From positions 3,267 to 67,266 of the forward strand of contig JAUVVY010000013.1 of NCBI GenBank assembly GCA_030604405.1: a DNA stretch of 64,000 nt. The letters run 5' to 3'. A program made the translations under genes and the position numbers. A model generated the notes under the pieces. The model was not told the DNA's origin. It made no database searches and saw only the letters and a list, made by a program, of their open reading frames with translations. Shown here piece after piece: positions 9,124 to 19,164 of this stretch. This stretch comes from a bacterium. Lineage in GTDB: Bacteria > Armatimonadota > Zipacnadia > Zipacnadales > UBA11051. Positions within the stretch are counted from its first letter, which is position 1, and each line of letters opens with the position of its first letter.

Positions 9124-10083
9124 ATGGAATACCTGCAAATCTACGGAAAAATGTTGCTGATAAGGCGCTTTGAGCAGCGAGTGGCAGAGCTGCAGCGGGC
9201 CGGTGAGGTCCCCGGCTTCACGCACTTGTATTGGGGCCAGGAGGCGATCGCCACCGGGGTGTGTCACTGGCTGACGGAGGATGACTATGTGGTCAGTACG
9301 CACCGGGGTCATGGGCACTGTCTGGCGAAGGGCGCTGACGCGGGGCGCATGCTGGCCGAGATAATGGGACGTGAAGATGGCTACTGTCGCGGCCGGGGCG
9401 GCTCGATGCATGTGGCCGATTTCAGTTGTGGGATGCTGGGGGCCAACGGCATCGTGGGCGGGAGCCTGCCGATCTCAACAGGTGCAGCGCTGGCGTGCAA
9501 GCTCGCAGGCGATGGGAAGATCACTGTGGCGTTCTTCGGCGATGGGGCGGTCGAGGAAGGCGTGTTCCACGAAAGCCTCAACCTGGCGAGTCTGTGGAGC
9601 CTGCCACTGCTTTTCGTCTGCGAGAACAACCAGTGGGCTATCTCGGTCCCTGTGGGCAGGCGGCAAGCAGGCGGAGGTGCGGTTGCGCTGGCGGCGGCAC
9701 ACGGGATCAGCGCGTGCGCAGTGGATGGGAACGATGCAGTGGCGGTCGTCGAGGCCGCCGGCGAGATGGTGATGAGCGCGCGGCAGGGCAAGCCCGGCTT
9801 GCTCAACTGCCAGACAATCCGCTGGGGCGGGCACCATTCGGCACAGCCGACGAGAGCCTACCGGACGGAAGAGGACTGCACCAGGGGCGAAGCGGCCTGC
9901 CCAATCGCGCGGTTGGGCAAGCGTCTGGTTGCAGACGGCGAGGCGACTGAGGAGCAGCTACAGGCCGTCAGGGCGGAGGCGGACAGGGCGATTGATGCGG
10001 CTCAGCGGTTCGCACAGAGCAGCCCGCTGCCTCGCGCGGAGACGGTGACAGACTACGTGTACTATGAGGGAAGTGCCGAGTAG
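9124..10083 (+). CDS. TPP-dependent dehydrogenase E1 alpha subunit (pyruvate/acetoin dehydrogenase-like)
   Basis: HLYWGQEA, STHRGHGH, GRGGSMH, GANGIVG and FFGDGA..ENNQWA TPP motif. Confidence 0.93.
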   Translation: MEYLQIYGKMLLIRRFEQRVAELQRAGEVPGFTHLYWGQEAIATGVCHWLTEDDYVVSTHRGHGHCLAKGADAGRMLAEIMGREDGYCRGRGGSMHVADFSCGMLGANGIVGGSLPISTGAALACKLAGDGKITVAFFGDGAVEEGVFHESLNLASLWSLPLLFVCENNQWAISVPVGRRQAGGGAVALAAAHGISACAVDGNDAVAVVEAAGEMVMSARQGKPGLLNCQTIRWGGHHSAQPTRAYRTEEDCTRGEAACPIARLGKRLVADGEATEEQLQAVRAEADRAIDAAQRFAQSSPLPRAETVTDYVYYEGSAE

Positions 10084-11076
10084 ATGGGGCAGATAACCTA
10101 TGCGGCGGCGCTGAACCGGGCGCTGGCGGAGGCAATGCGAGAGGACCCGAAGGTCGTTGTTCTCGGCGAGGACATCGGTGCCCTTGGCGGAATCTTCACG
10201 GTGACGCAGGGGTTGTTGGAGGAGTTCGGCCCCGCGCGCGTTTTCGAGACGCCACTATCAGAAGCCTGCTACGTGGGGTGCGGGACCGGGCTGGCGCTGT
10301 GTGGCTGGAGGCCCGTCGTCGAGCTGATGTTCACGGACTTCCTGATGGTAGCGATGGACCAGGTGTGCAACCAGGCAGCGAAGCTGCGGTACATGACCGG
10401 GGGGCAGGCGAAATTACCGATGACACTGCGGGCGCCGATCGGTGCGCGCAACTCGGCAGCGGCGCAGCACTCGCAATCCCCGCAGGCGTGGTTTGCGCAC
10501 ACACCCGGGCTGCGCGTTGTGATGCCTGCGACACCTGCTGACGCGCTTGGCTTGCTGGCCTCGGCGATAGAATGCGATGATCCCGTGCTGGTGTTGGAGC
10601 ACAAGTCCCATTACGGGGACAAGGGGCCGGTTCCAGAGGGGCGTCACCGCGTGCCCCTGGGCAAGGCAGAGGTCAAGCGAAGCGGAAAGGATGTCACCAT
10701 CGTCGGCTGCTCGCGGATGACGCTGCTGGCGCTGGAGGCGGCCGAGCAGTTGGCGGCAGAGGGCATCGAAGCGGAAGTCGTTGACCTGCGGAGCCTGAAC
10801 CCGCTGGACCGTGAGGCGATAGTGGGCTCGGTATCGCGGACCCGGCGTGCAGTAGTAGTGGACGAGGGCGTGCTCGACTTCGGCATCACCGCTGAGATAG
10901 CCGCGCTGGTCCACGGCGAGCTGTTTGACGAATTGCTTGCGCCGGTGGTGCGTGTCGGCGCCGTTCACGCACCGATTCCGTTCAGCCCGCCACTGGAGAG
11001 GGCTGCAGTTCCCCAGGTCGCGGATATCGTGGCGGCGGTGAGAAGATGTCTTGGCAAAAAACCGGCGGACATCTAG
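10084..11076 (+). CDS. TPP-dependent dehydrogenase E1 beta subunit
   Basis: GEDIG, ETPLSE, AAQHSQS and EVVDLRSLNPLD motifs; abuts E1 alpha. Confidence 0.93.
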   Translation: MGQITYAAALNRALAEAMREDPKVVVLGEDIGALGGIFTVTQGLLEEFGPARVFETPLSEACYVGCGTGLALCGWRPVVELMFTDFLMVAMDQVCNQAAKLRYMTGGQAKLPMTLRAPIGARNSAAAQHSQSPQAWFAHTPGLRVVMPATPADALGLLASAIECDDPVLVLEHKSHYGDKGPVPEGRHRVPLGKAEVKRSGKDVTIVGCSRMTLLALEAAEQLAAEGIEAEVVDLRSLNPLDREAIVGSVSRTRRAVVVDEGVLDFGITAEIAALVHGELFDELLAPVVRVGAVHAPIPFSPPLERAAVPQVADIVAAVRRCLGKKPADI

Positions 11077-11094
11077 TACCGGGCCGTCGGAGCG

Positions 11095-11474
11095 TGCAGA
11101 AGCTGGCTGCAGACCGCTATCTCATCAGGCTCGACGACCAGCCGCACCTGATGAACAACTGGCTGCTGGTGCGCAAGGTGACCGGCGACGGCATCATAGT
11201 CGAGCCGCCGCCGACCCTCGACTCCAAGCAACGCACCTACAAGGTCTTTGCGGGCGAGGCGTCGAGCACCCGCTTGCTTGGGCCGCTGCGTGGCATCAAG
11301 CGACAGCCCATCTACAACGAGTACGGCAGGCAGATGCACTCCTGCCACCAGGTCATCACTGACGATTACACCGGCGTGGAGGAGGGCGGCGAGATCGCCA
11401 TCAGCCGCCTCGAGAAGGGCCATGACACGGTCTTCGTAACCAGGTTCGCCCACGCTACGCGGGATGCGGAGTAG
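11095..11474 (+). pseudogene. Probable 3' fragment of a larger hypothetical protein
   Basis: Coding-like high-GC3 frame (KLAADRYLIRLDDQPHLMNNWLLV...HDTVFVTRFAH) with no RBS, directly after the E1 beta stop. Confidence 0.45.
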
Positions 11475-11480
11475 GCGCAA
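11458..11480 (+). repeat. Left copy of a 23-bp imperfect direct repeat flanking the TPR-MBL gene
   Basis: CGCGGGATGCGGAGTAGGCGCAA; 20/23 identical to 13423-13445. Confidence 0.7.
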
Positions 11481-11607
11481 GTTCGTGCTAACTATCTACC
11501 TTGCTAAGGGCAGGTGATTGTTTGCCAGGCGGAGAACTACCATATGCGACAGAGATGGTCGGTGACTGACACACTGCCACGACTACGGAACCCGGGAGGC
11601 ATGGCCC

Positions 11608-13416
11608 ATGCGTGAGACCTACCTGCCCATCTACAGACAGGTCCTGTCACTAGGCCGGACGGACGAACCCGCCGCCGCGGCGCTTGCCGCACAGACTGCT
11701 GAGGAGGCGCGCGATGCGGGCGACGCAGCGGTAGCGACGTTCTTCGACGCGCTGTCTCTCCGCGTCAGGGGTCAACACGACGAGGCCATCCCACTGTTCG
11801 AGCAGTGCCGGGATGCGGCGGACTTCCCCTTGCCCGGCGAGCTGTTCTTCGAGTTGGGCCGCGCACACGGCAACCTCGGCGACTACGACAAGGCCATCGA
11901 GTGCTACCACAACGCGCTGGACGAGGAGAGCTACGACACGCCGGGCTCCGCCTGGAACAACATGGCCATCGCCTACGGCCACCTCGGCGAGCACGGCAAG
12001 GCCATCGAGTGCTACGAGAAAGCGCTTGCCGAGGAGAGCTACAAGACGCCGGGCAACGTCTGGAACAACATGGGCGTCGCCTACCAGCACCTCGGCGACC
12101 ACGACAAGGCGATCGAGTGCTACACGAAGGCCGTGGACAGCGCGGGGCGCGCTCATCTCGGACATGCCTGGCACAACATGGGCCTTCTGTATTGGATTGC
12201 AGGGCGCCTCGACCCAGCCAGAACGGCATTCGAGAACGCGATCCACGAGTATGAGAGACAGGGGGACACGGGGGACGCGGAGAATGCACGGGAGCGGCTG
12301 GCCGCCCTGGAGCGCCCTGACGAGGACTCGGCGAACCAACTGGCGCTGCCCAGCCAGGAGGCCAGAGCCGGGGAGCCGTTCGCTGGTTGGGCCACAGGCG
12401 GGCCCGAATCGGACCTCGATGATGTGTTCGTGTTTCTGAAGGACTGGAGCGGCTCCTCGCCCTACGCCGCTGTCACCAAGCCGGAGGAATTCGGAGGCCA
12501 ACCCATCGTCGGCGGTGGGTACTTCCTCAAGTGGAACGGCCGGGGGACCGTCATTGATCCCGGGATCGGCTTCGTGACCAACTTCCTCGGCGAGCCTTTC
12601 CACTCATGCGAAGTGCACCATGTTCTGACCACACACGCGCACATTGACCACACCGCAGACCTCATGGCTCTCCAGAACCTCCACAAGGAGTACTGCGAGG
12701 CCCTTGACAAGCACGGGCCCACCGGCGGCACGGCAAGATCGTCCCACCCGCTTACCCACTTCTGGGACAGGACAACGTTCCGCATCAACCCATACATACC
12801 GACATGCGATGCCGAAGATGGGGCGCACGAGCTCACTCCAAGCAGCCAACCGCACTTGCCCTCAGAAGCAGCAATGACGATAACGCCCCTCCACAGCCAG
12901 CACTGCGATGACTCGGTTGCACTGTTGCTCATGATGAAGGTGGGCGAGGAGGAACGGGTACGCATCGGCCTGACGTCCGACGCAGCCGTCGAGGCCGCCG
13001 GCAGTCTGGCGAAGGCGTTCCAAGGCTGTGATGTTATCATCCTGCACTTCAGCAAGCGCCATACGCCCGACCCTCTCACCGGCCAAGTCAAGGAGAGCCA
13101 TCTCGGCTTCGAGGGTTGCATCGAGATAATCAAGGACACGGATGCGCAGGTGTACGTAGTCGCAGAGTTCTGCGCGGAGGACGGCGAGGACCATCGCATC
13201 CGCGACACCAGGACGATTGGGGATCTGGCGGAAACACAAGCCACTGTGGTCCCCGCCGATATTGGCCTCACGCTGTGGCTCCCACGCGAACAGGGCGACC
13301 CGGTGCGTGTCAGGTGTTCGCGATGCAAGCAGCCCTGCGAAGCGAACCGCATCATCGTCCAGACCCCACAGGCCTTCCAGCGCATCACCTACGTCTGCCC
13401 GGACTGCACGCTCTGA
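11608..13416 (+). CDS. TPR-repeat + MBL-fold metallo-hydrolase (RNase Z/PhnP-like) + C-terminal zinc ribbon protein
   Basis: GGAGG RBS; 36-aa TPR repeats (AWNNMAIAYGHLGEHGKAIECYEKAL); VIDPG, THAHIDH (12634-12651), IGLTSD and SHLG motifs; CSRC...CPDC at the C-terminus. Confidence 0.88.
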   Translation: MRETYLPIYRQVLSLGRTDEPAAAALAAQTAEEARDAGDAAVATFFDALSLRVRGQHDEAIPLFEQCRDAADFPLPGELFFELGRAHGNLGDYDKAIECYHNALDEESYDTPGSAWNNMAIAYGHLGEHGKAIECYEKALAEESYKTPGNVWNNMGVAYQHLGDHDKAIECYTKAVDSAGRAHLGHAWHNMGLLYWIAGRLDPARTAFENAIHEYERQGDTGDAENARERLAALERPDEDSANQLALPSQEARAGEPFAGWATGGPESDLDDVFVFLKDWSGSSPYAAVTKPEEFGGQPIVGGGYFLKWNGRGTVIDPGIGFVTNFLGEPFHSCEVHHVLTTHAHIDHTADLMALQNLHKEYCEALDKHGPTGGTARSSHPLTHFWDRTTFRINPYIPTCDAEDGAHELTPSSQPHLPSEAAMTITPLHSQHCDDSVALLLMMKVGEEERVRIGLTSDAAVEAAGSLAKAFQGCDVIILHFSKRHTPDPLTGQVKESHLGFEGCIEIIKDTDAQVYVVAEFCAEDGEDHRIRDTRTIGDLAETQATVVPADIGLTLWLPREQGDPVRVRCSRCKQPCEANRIIVQTPQAFQRITYVCPDCTL

Positions 13417-13422
13417 GGGACC

Positions 13423-13445
13423 CGCGGGACGGGGGGTAGGCGCAA
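13423..13445 (+). repeat. Right copy of the 23-bp imperfect direct repeat
   Basis: CGCGGGACGGGGGGTAGGCGCAA, starting 7 nt after the stop of 11608..13416. Confidence 0.7.
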
Positions 13446-13520
13446 ACTCTCGGCCTTGTCCGGTGTCGTTGAGGGGGGACCTGAGGCATCACCTGCGGAA
13501 AGCTAAGGAGACACGACGCC

Positions 13521-14450
13521 ATGAACAGCTCTTCGCCGCGACCATACAACATTCTCATCATCGGGGGCAGCGGCTTCGTCAGCGGAACGATGGCACGCGC
13601 CGCCGTTGCAGCCGGACACCGCACATGGGTGCTGACCCGGGGACAGCGGCCATTGCCTGACGGCGTGAGCGGGCTGGTGGCCGACCGTCATGACCACGAC
13701 GCCTTCGCCGCGGCCATCGCGGCAGCCGACACCGAATGGGATCTTGTGGTGGACTGCCAGGCTTTCAGCGCCGGCGATATCCGCCAGGATGTCACGGTGC
13801 TCTCCACTGTCGCAAAGCAGCTTCTGTACATCTCGACCGACTTCGTATTCGACCCGCTGCAGCGCAGCTTCCCGCAGCCGACAGAAGCCCCATACACGAC
13901 GGCGGATGACTACGGTGGCAACAAGCGCAGGGGCGAGCTGGAACTGCTCGAGGCGGATGCCGGCGATATGAAGTGGACCATCTTCCGGCCATGCCACATC
14001 TACGGGCCGGGCTCGGAACTGGGGTGTCTGCCCCTGCACGGACGCGACCCGGAGCTGATTGCCAGAATGAAGGCGGGCAAACCGCTGCAGCTTGTCGGCG
14101 GCGGATACTTCCTGCAGCAGCCCATCTGCGCGCGCGACCTTGCGACAATGGCGCTCGATGTCATCGGCAATGCAGCGGTGTATGGGGAGGTCTTCTGCAC
14201 CGCCGGGCCGGACATCATTGAGTCGAAGCGATACTATGAGATCATCGCCGCTGTGCTCGGTGTGGGCCTGACCGTCGAGGAAGTGCGGGTGTGTGATGCG
14301 CTTGAGGAAGACCCGGGCAAGCAGCCGTTCTACTGCCACCGTATCTATGATCTGTCGAGGCTGGCCGAACACGGACTGTCAGTGCCCTCGATGGCGATTG
14401 AGGACGGTCTGCGCGAGCACACGGAAAGCCTGCTGAGGACAAGGGGATAG
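13521..14450 (+). CDS. NAD-dependent epimerase/dehydratase family protein
   Basis: AAGGAG RBS; GGSGFVSG, YGGNK and RPCHIYGPG motifs. Confidence 0.88.
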   Translation: MNSSSPRPYNILIIGGSGFVSGTMARAAVAAGHRTWVLTRGQRPLPDGVSGLVADRHDHDAFAAAIAAADTEWDLVVDCQAFSAGDIRQDVTVLSTVAKQLLYISTDFVFDPLQRSFPQPTEAPYTTADDYGGNKRRGELELLEADAGDMKWTIFRPCHIYGPGSELGCLPLHGRDPELIARMKAGKPLQLVGGGYFLQQPICARDLATMALDVIGNAAVYGEVFCTAGPDIIESKRYYEIIAAVLGVGLTVEEVRVCDALEEDPGKQPFYCHRIYDLSRLAEHGLSVPSMAIEDGLREHTESLLRTRG

Positions 14451-14549
14451 TGACGCGGCAGGGGACGAAGTAACAGATGGCGGAGCGGGCCGGGCACCCA
14501 CGACCCGCCCCACGACACTCCCACACTGATAGGAAACAAAGGCGGTGTT

Positions 14550-14771
14550 GTAGGGTGCAATTCATTGCGCCCACTCAGCAGGAGTGTGGAGGGCGTAGGG
14601 CCGGCGCGGTACCCTTCGGCAAGCTCAGGGCCTACGCCAAGCCCGCGCCCTACAACAAGGCCCACTCAGGAGCGGTGTGGAGGGAGTAGGGCCGGCGCGG
14701 TACAAGCCCGCGCCCTACAATAAGGCCCAGTCAGCAGCGGTGTGGAGGGCGTGATCAATCACGCCCCTACG
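14550..14771. repeat. Cluster of REP-like palindromes, ~65-bp unit repeated ~2.5 times between convergent genes
   Basis: Unit GCCCACTCAG..GTGTGGAGGG.GTAGGGCCGGCGCGGTACAAGCCCGCGCCCTACAA; terminal hairpins GTAGGGTGCAATTCATTGCGCCC and GGGCGTGATCAATCACGCCCCTAC. Confidence 0.85.
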
Positions 14772-14857
14772 AACAGCGACAGCCGGCCTTTTGTGACCTA
14801 CCGACAATCTAAACCGGCACCCTAGCGATCCGGGAATGTGGAGGCCGGACTGGCGCC

Positions 14858-16132
14858 TCAGCCTTCGCAGTCGTCGCCCATTGCGTAGGCCGCGGCGATG
14901 GTCCTTTTCGGGTCGAACATCTCCTCGATAGGGCCAAGTTGCTGCTCCAGTTGGCAGGGCGGCTCGTATGTGTCGAGGTCCTCGCCGTTGGCGAAACCCT
15001 TTATCAGTTCGACCATGTACAGGAATGTGCGCAGAGGAATGTCGGGTGGGACGCCGTGGTCCACCGACGGGATGTAACGGCCGTAGTCACGGGCGGTGCG
15101 ATAGCGCTTGACGACCTCCGCACGCGCGCGTTGCTTATCGAAGCGCAGTTCGCGCTTGTCTATTCCGCCACGGATGAACAGCTTCGGGTAGTCGCGCAGA
15201 AACGTTTCCGGATCGTTTCCGGCGGCTATCTCGATGGGTTGGATGGCGTCAATTCCGGAGGGATGCATTACCGGGATGATCTGGCCGTTGTAGCCGTCGG
15301 AATCCATCTCCACGATGTCCACACCGTGGTCCTTGAAGAATTCGTACAGGCGCTCGTAGCGGGGGAGCATGAACTCGCGCATGTGGGCGGGAGAGAGCAT
15401 GGCCTGGCCCTTGTAGGCCATATCTTCATTGAGTGTGACCGTGTCCACCTTGATGTGCGACAGCGGCTGCTCGAGCAGGTCCATGAGGAACCACAGCCAG
15501 TACTCCATCATCTCATGGACGAGGGCGGGCTGGTCGTAGAACATCATCGAAAGGCCTTCGAAGCCGCACATGTCGCGCAACGTCCAGTAAAGGCACGGCA
15601 CGGTGAGCAGCACCGGGTGCCGGCTGGAGTTGCATTCGTCAATGACATCGGGCCACAGGCGGGCGTCACTGACATGGCGGTAGCGGTTGGGATTCAGATC
15701 GGTCAGCGGCGCTCCGTCGCCGCCGGGTCCGGTGCGCTCGGGCGAGTGAGGGTCGAAGTGGGTCTTCATCTGCTCCCAGTCGGCAGGCGTCTTGACGAAG
15801 TGCTCGATATAGCTGCGAGTGACGAAGCCGTCGGTGGGCTGGTTGATTGCGTCGAGACGCTTGACCCCCCAGTGGTCTCGCCAGATGCGGTAGTTGCCTC
15901 GCTCCTCAATGACGACTTCCTCGAAGGGCGGCACCGGGCCGCAGTAGACCTTGCCGATGCCGGTGAAGTCGTCGGCGCCGGTGAGTGCATGCCAGCCGGC
16001 AAGCTGCTGTTCGCTGAGTCCCTGCTTGCGCCAGGCTGCGAATGTTGCTGCGCGCGGCCCTCCGAAGATGTAGGGCATGCGGTCCACAGCTTCACCGCGC
16101 GTGATGGCCAGAAACCGTTCTCGTGGTGTCAT
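14858..16132 (-). CDS. Uroporphyrinogen decarboxylase (UroD/MtaA)-family protein
   Basis: MTPRERF start; [26 protein letters not shown] and [12 protein letters not shown] motifs. Confidence 0.88.
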   Translation of the reverse strand: MTPRERFLAITRGEAVDRMPYIFGGPRAATFAAWRKQGLSEQQLAGWHALTGADDFTGIGKVYCGPVPPFEEVVIEERGNYRIWRDHWGVKRLDAINQPTDGFVTRSYIEHFVKTPADWEQMKTHFDPHSPERTGPGGDGAPLTDLNPNRYRHVSDARLWPDVIDECNSSRHPVLLTVPCLYWTLRDMCGFEGLSMMFYDQPALVHEMMEYWLWFLMDLLEQPLSHIKVDTVTLNEDMAYKGQAMLSPAHMREFMLPRYERLYEFFKDHGVDIVEMDSDGYNGQIIPVMHPSGIDAIQPIEIAAGNDPETFLRDYPKLFIRGGIDKRELRFDKQRARAEVVKRYRTARDYGRYIPSVDHGVPPDIPLRTFLYMVELIKGFANGEDLDTYEPPCQLEQQLGPIEEMFDPKRTIAAAYAMGDDCEG

Positions 16133-16170
16133 AAGTCGGCAAGCACCTCGTGCGCAATCTTTGCTGGATG

Positions 16171-19164
16171 CTACAGGCTCTGCTCCTGCGCCACGCGGCG
16201 GAGGTCATCGGCGGCGACAGGCTGGAGGTGGGAGTAGATGACGTAGCGGATCGTGTGGGTCTCGCCCGCGGCCATCTGGTGCGGCAGCGGGAGGCTGAAT
16301 GAACGGGTGGCCGATGCCACCGAGCGGTAGCGGAGCGGCTCGGACTGGGTGCATGTGTAGGCGCGGTCGAATATCACAGCCGAGCCGGCGCCGGCTTCGG
16401 AGGTCAGGTCGAAGCCGCGCATGGCGACAGGTGACATGTCCACATCGACACCGTCGCCTGCAGGGCCCATTAGCGGGAGCGGATCGCCGATGTTGAGGTC
16501 CGCGTCAAGCAGCTTCAGTGTGCGGTCGTCGGCGAAATACGGGATGGATTCGTACAGCTCGGTCAGGTTGAGGTCGGCGGTGGCGGTGAGTTGGAGCGTG
16601 ACGATGATGCGGTCGTCCTTGAAATGCAGCATGCGGGTGACTGTCAGCGGGGCGTAGGTGAGCCTTGCGGTCCTGCGGTAGATGCGGCCGGCTGCGTCGA
16701 AGGTGACGAACGGGTCGGCGAATGCGGATGAGACGATGGTCGGATCAACGTCGCTCGAACACTTCTCGCGTATGGGGGTGCTGCGGCGGCCCCAGACGGT
16801 GTTCGAGTACCAGATGTCGCTGTTGGAGCCGAGCAGCGTCGGGCCGCAGTCGGGCACGAAGACCGCCGACAGCCCGCCCGGCTTGGTGGCCTTACGCTGG
16901 CTGCCGCCATAGCCCGGCCCACCGTAGCCGACAAGCCTGCAATGGCCGTCTTTTGCCTCGGCGATAGTCAGATGGGCCCAGTCAGGGAGTGTCGGCCCGC
17001 CGTAGCTGATGCTGTAGTACCGGGGCGTTTTGATGAAGTAGAATTTGTTGTCAATGACGCGCGTGAAGCTGCCATCTTCCAGACACGGCCACGGGCGCTT
17101 CGGCTCCTGGCCCTGGTTTTGCCACAGATCGGCGTAGATGACGCGGTCAATCGCGCCCTGTGGCAAACCGGATTTGTGGGTATAGTAGCGTGTGCGGAAG
17201 TTCAGGTCGGTCGGCGAGCAGGTCTCGCCAAAGCAGTTGACGGTATGCACCCCGCGCTTGGGCAGCGTCAGATGCGTCTTCAGGTAGTAGAACTTGTCCC
17301 ACCAGTCGATCAGGGCGGGCTCGTGGATGACATCCCATACCCGGCCCATGTTCATGACCTGCTCGATGGTGTACTCGCTGTCGAAGCCCCATCCGTCGGC
17401 CAGATAGCCGGCTCCGGTCATGGCCAGATCGGCGGCGCGTGTGAATCCGACGCTGCTCTTGTGGGAATAGGGCGTGGCATCGGGGTTGAGGCGTCCGAGC
17501 ATACCGGGAGCGGTCATGCGGCGGGAATGGCTGCGGAGCATGCCGAGGATTTCGTCATCGCCGATGGCTTTCCATATCTGGAGCACGGCGGCCATGTTGT
17601 AGGTCCACTGGTTGGAGGTGTCGCCACAGTGCATGAGCCAGCGACTGCCGACCCAGAGGCGGAGTGACTGGTGCCAGGCGTCCGCAACTTCCTGCGGCAA
17701 TGCAGGGGTCAGGACGTCTTTCATGTGAACGGCGGAAAGCGAGTGGAGCGAGTCGCCGCCCAGTGAATACCATCCCGAACGCATGCATGCCGAACTGATG
17801 GAGTTCTCGTCTGCCTCGATGGTCTTGGGGAAATCGTACTTGGCCTCGTACCAGAAGTGCGGGCTCTGTTTGCGTAGATCGTGGAGACGGTGCAGCAGCA
17901 CGCGGCGAACCAGGGCGGGATTGGCATGGTAGGGGTTGGCGGGATGCTGCGTACCTGCCGCGATGGCAGCCAGGTTGATGCCGCCCTTCGGAGGGGTGCC
18001 TGCGGTGAGCAGCCCGTAGGTGGGACTTGCCGGGTCGAGGTCCTGGGATGCGAGCAGTTGAGGGAGTTGGTGGAGGGCGTCGCGCAACTGTTTGTGCTCG
18101 ATCGCGTCGGGCTGCACGTCGAGGGCCGGTACGTGCAAGTCGTCGGGCTTGATGCTGTCGGCCCACGTGTCGAGCACGCGCTGGCAGGCATGGAAGGTCT
18201 GGCGTCCGCGCGTATCCACCTGCAGCCCGCCATGGATCATCTGCGCGGTCGGCACGTCGGGACACAATACGAATGGCACACCGTGGAGGTGCATGCATGC
18301 GCCCGGCGTCTTGCCGACGGCGCGAACCCTGTAGATGCAGTCTCCGCGTGCAGGGGTGTGCAGAATGTAGTTGAGGAATGTCGCAGGTCGCGTTTCGCCG
18401 AGGATGGTTCCGTCCTGGTCCTCAATGCGCAAACGCCAGTTGAAGGGCTGGACCTCCTCGCTGATGCTGATGCCGATGTCCTGCACGGCAGGCGGAATGT
18501 AGAGATACGCCTCGTTGAGCCGGCTGCCGTGAATGTAGAGGGGACCCGGCCCCGGATGAATGCCGGTGCGGATGGGGCGGTCGGGAGTGATGCTGATCCA
18601 GTGGTCCCAACTGGCAACGATGACGACGCGGTAGAGGCCTTTGCCGGCTGCGGGAACGTCAACGTGCATGGTGCGGAAGGGCAGCTTTTCGGGGTGCTGC
18701 AGGTACGGTGAGCGCTGCTTGGTGGGCGGATGGCCGCCCGGAGTGTGGAGGCGATGCCATTCGCGGTAGCGGAAGTCGCAGTAAACGTCGTAGATGCCAT
18801 CGCGGTACTGTTCGTTGCCTGCCACGTACCCGTCATCGGGCATGATCTCACGCACAAGCGTTGTGGCATCAGGACCGACGACCCAGATCATTACAGGACG
18901 CGGGCCCTGCATGTAAGTGTTCATGTCGCGGACGGTGATGTCGAGGCCGAAGCCGACGCCGCGGTCGTCCTGCATGTGGAAGTTGAGCCATTCTCGGGGT
19001 CGCCATAGAACGTCAGGGCCAAGGTACTGGGTGCCCGGGGCTTTGCCTCGCCAGGCGGGAACCTGTGGCGAGGTGGACGCGTAATCGGCGTGCACAAAGA
19101 CATTTCCTGCAACAGACAGCGTCAGCAGTGTGGCTATGGAAAACAGGTTAATGAGAGTAGGCAT
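16171..19164 (-). CDS. Large secreted hypothetical protein (997 aa), probable polysaccharide-active enzyme
   Basis: ATG 19164 with GGAGG RBS; signal peptide [26 protein letters not shown]; long aromatic-rich ORF. Confidence 0.75.
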   Translation of the reverse strand: MPTLINLFSIATLLTLSVAGNVFVHADYASTSPQVPAWRGKAPGTQYLGPDVLWRPREWLNFHMQDDRGVGFGLDITVRDMNTYMQGPRPVMIWVVGPDATTLVREIMPDDGYVAGNEQYRDGIYDVYCDFRYREWHRLHTPGGHPPTKQRSPYLQHPEKLPFRTMHVDVPAAGKGLYRVVIVASWDHWISITPDRPIRTGIHPGPGPLYIHGSRLNEAYLYIPPAVQDIGISISEEVQPFNWRLRIEDQDGTILGETRPATFLNYILHTPARGDCIYRVRAVGKTPGACMHLHGVPFVLCPDVPTAQMIHGGLQVDTRGRQTFHACQRVLDTWADSIKPDDLHVPALDVQPDAIEHKQLRDALHQLPQLLASQDLDPASPTYGLLTAGTPPKGGINLAAIAAGTQHPANPYHANPALVRRVLLHRLHDLRKQSPHFWYEAKYDFPKTIEADENSISSACMRSGWYSLGGDSLHSLSAVHMKDVLTPALPQEVADAWHQSLRLWVGSRWLMHCGDTSNQWTYNMAAVLQIWKAIGDDEILGMLRSHSRRMTAPGMLGRLNPDATPYSHKSSVGFTRAADLAMTGAGYLADGWGFDSEYTIEQVMNMGRVWDVIHEPALIDWWDKFYYLKTHLTLPKRGVHTVNCFGETCSPTDLNFRTRYYTHKSGLPQGAIDRVIYADLWQNQGQEPKRPWPCLEDGSFTRVIDNKFYFIKTPRYYSISYGGPTLPDWAHLTIAEAKDGHCRLVGYGGPGYGGSQRKATKPGGLSAVFVPDCGPTLLGSNSDIWYSNTVWGRRSTPIREKCSSDVDPTIVSSAFADPFVTFDAAGRIYRRTARLTYAPLTVTRMLHFKDDRIIVTLQLTATADLNLTELYESIPYFADDRTLKLLDADLNIGDPLPLMGPAGDGVDVDMSPVAMRGFDLTSEAGAGSAVIFDRAYTCTQSEPLRYRSVASATRSFSLPLPHQMAAGETHTIRYVIYSHLQPVAADDLRRVAQEQSL

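Noticed and set aside
9004..9411. N-terminal extension of the SDR ORF (388 aa)
   Set aside because: Overlaps the E1 alpha gene on the opposite strand; SDR motifs and RBS place the start at 9003.
14550..14771. Possible CRISPR array
   Set aside because: The segments between hairpins are themselves repeated rather than unique spacers, there are only ~2.5 units and no cas genes; fits a REP cluster.
14939..16237. Long antisense or alternate-frame ORFs (also 11650..12603, 12462..13388, 26578..27735, 35068..36213, 50852..51865, 53810..54931)
   Set aside because: Shadows of well-supported genes, expected in high-GC DNA; no motifs or RBS.
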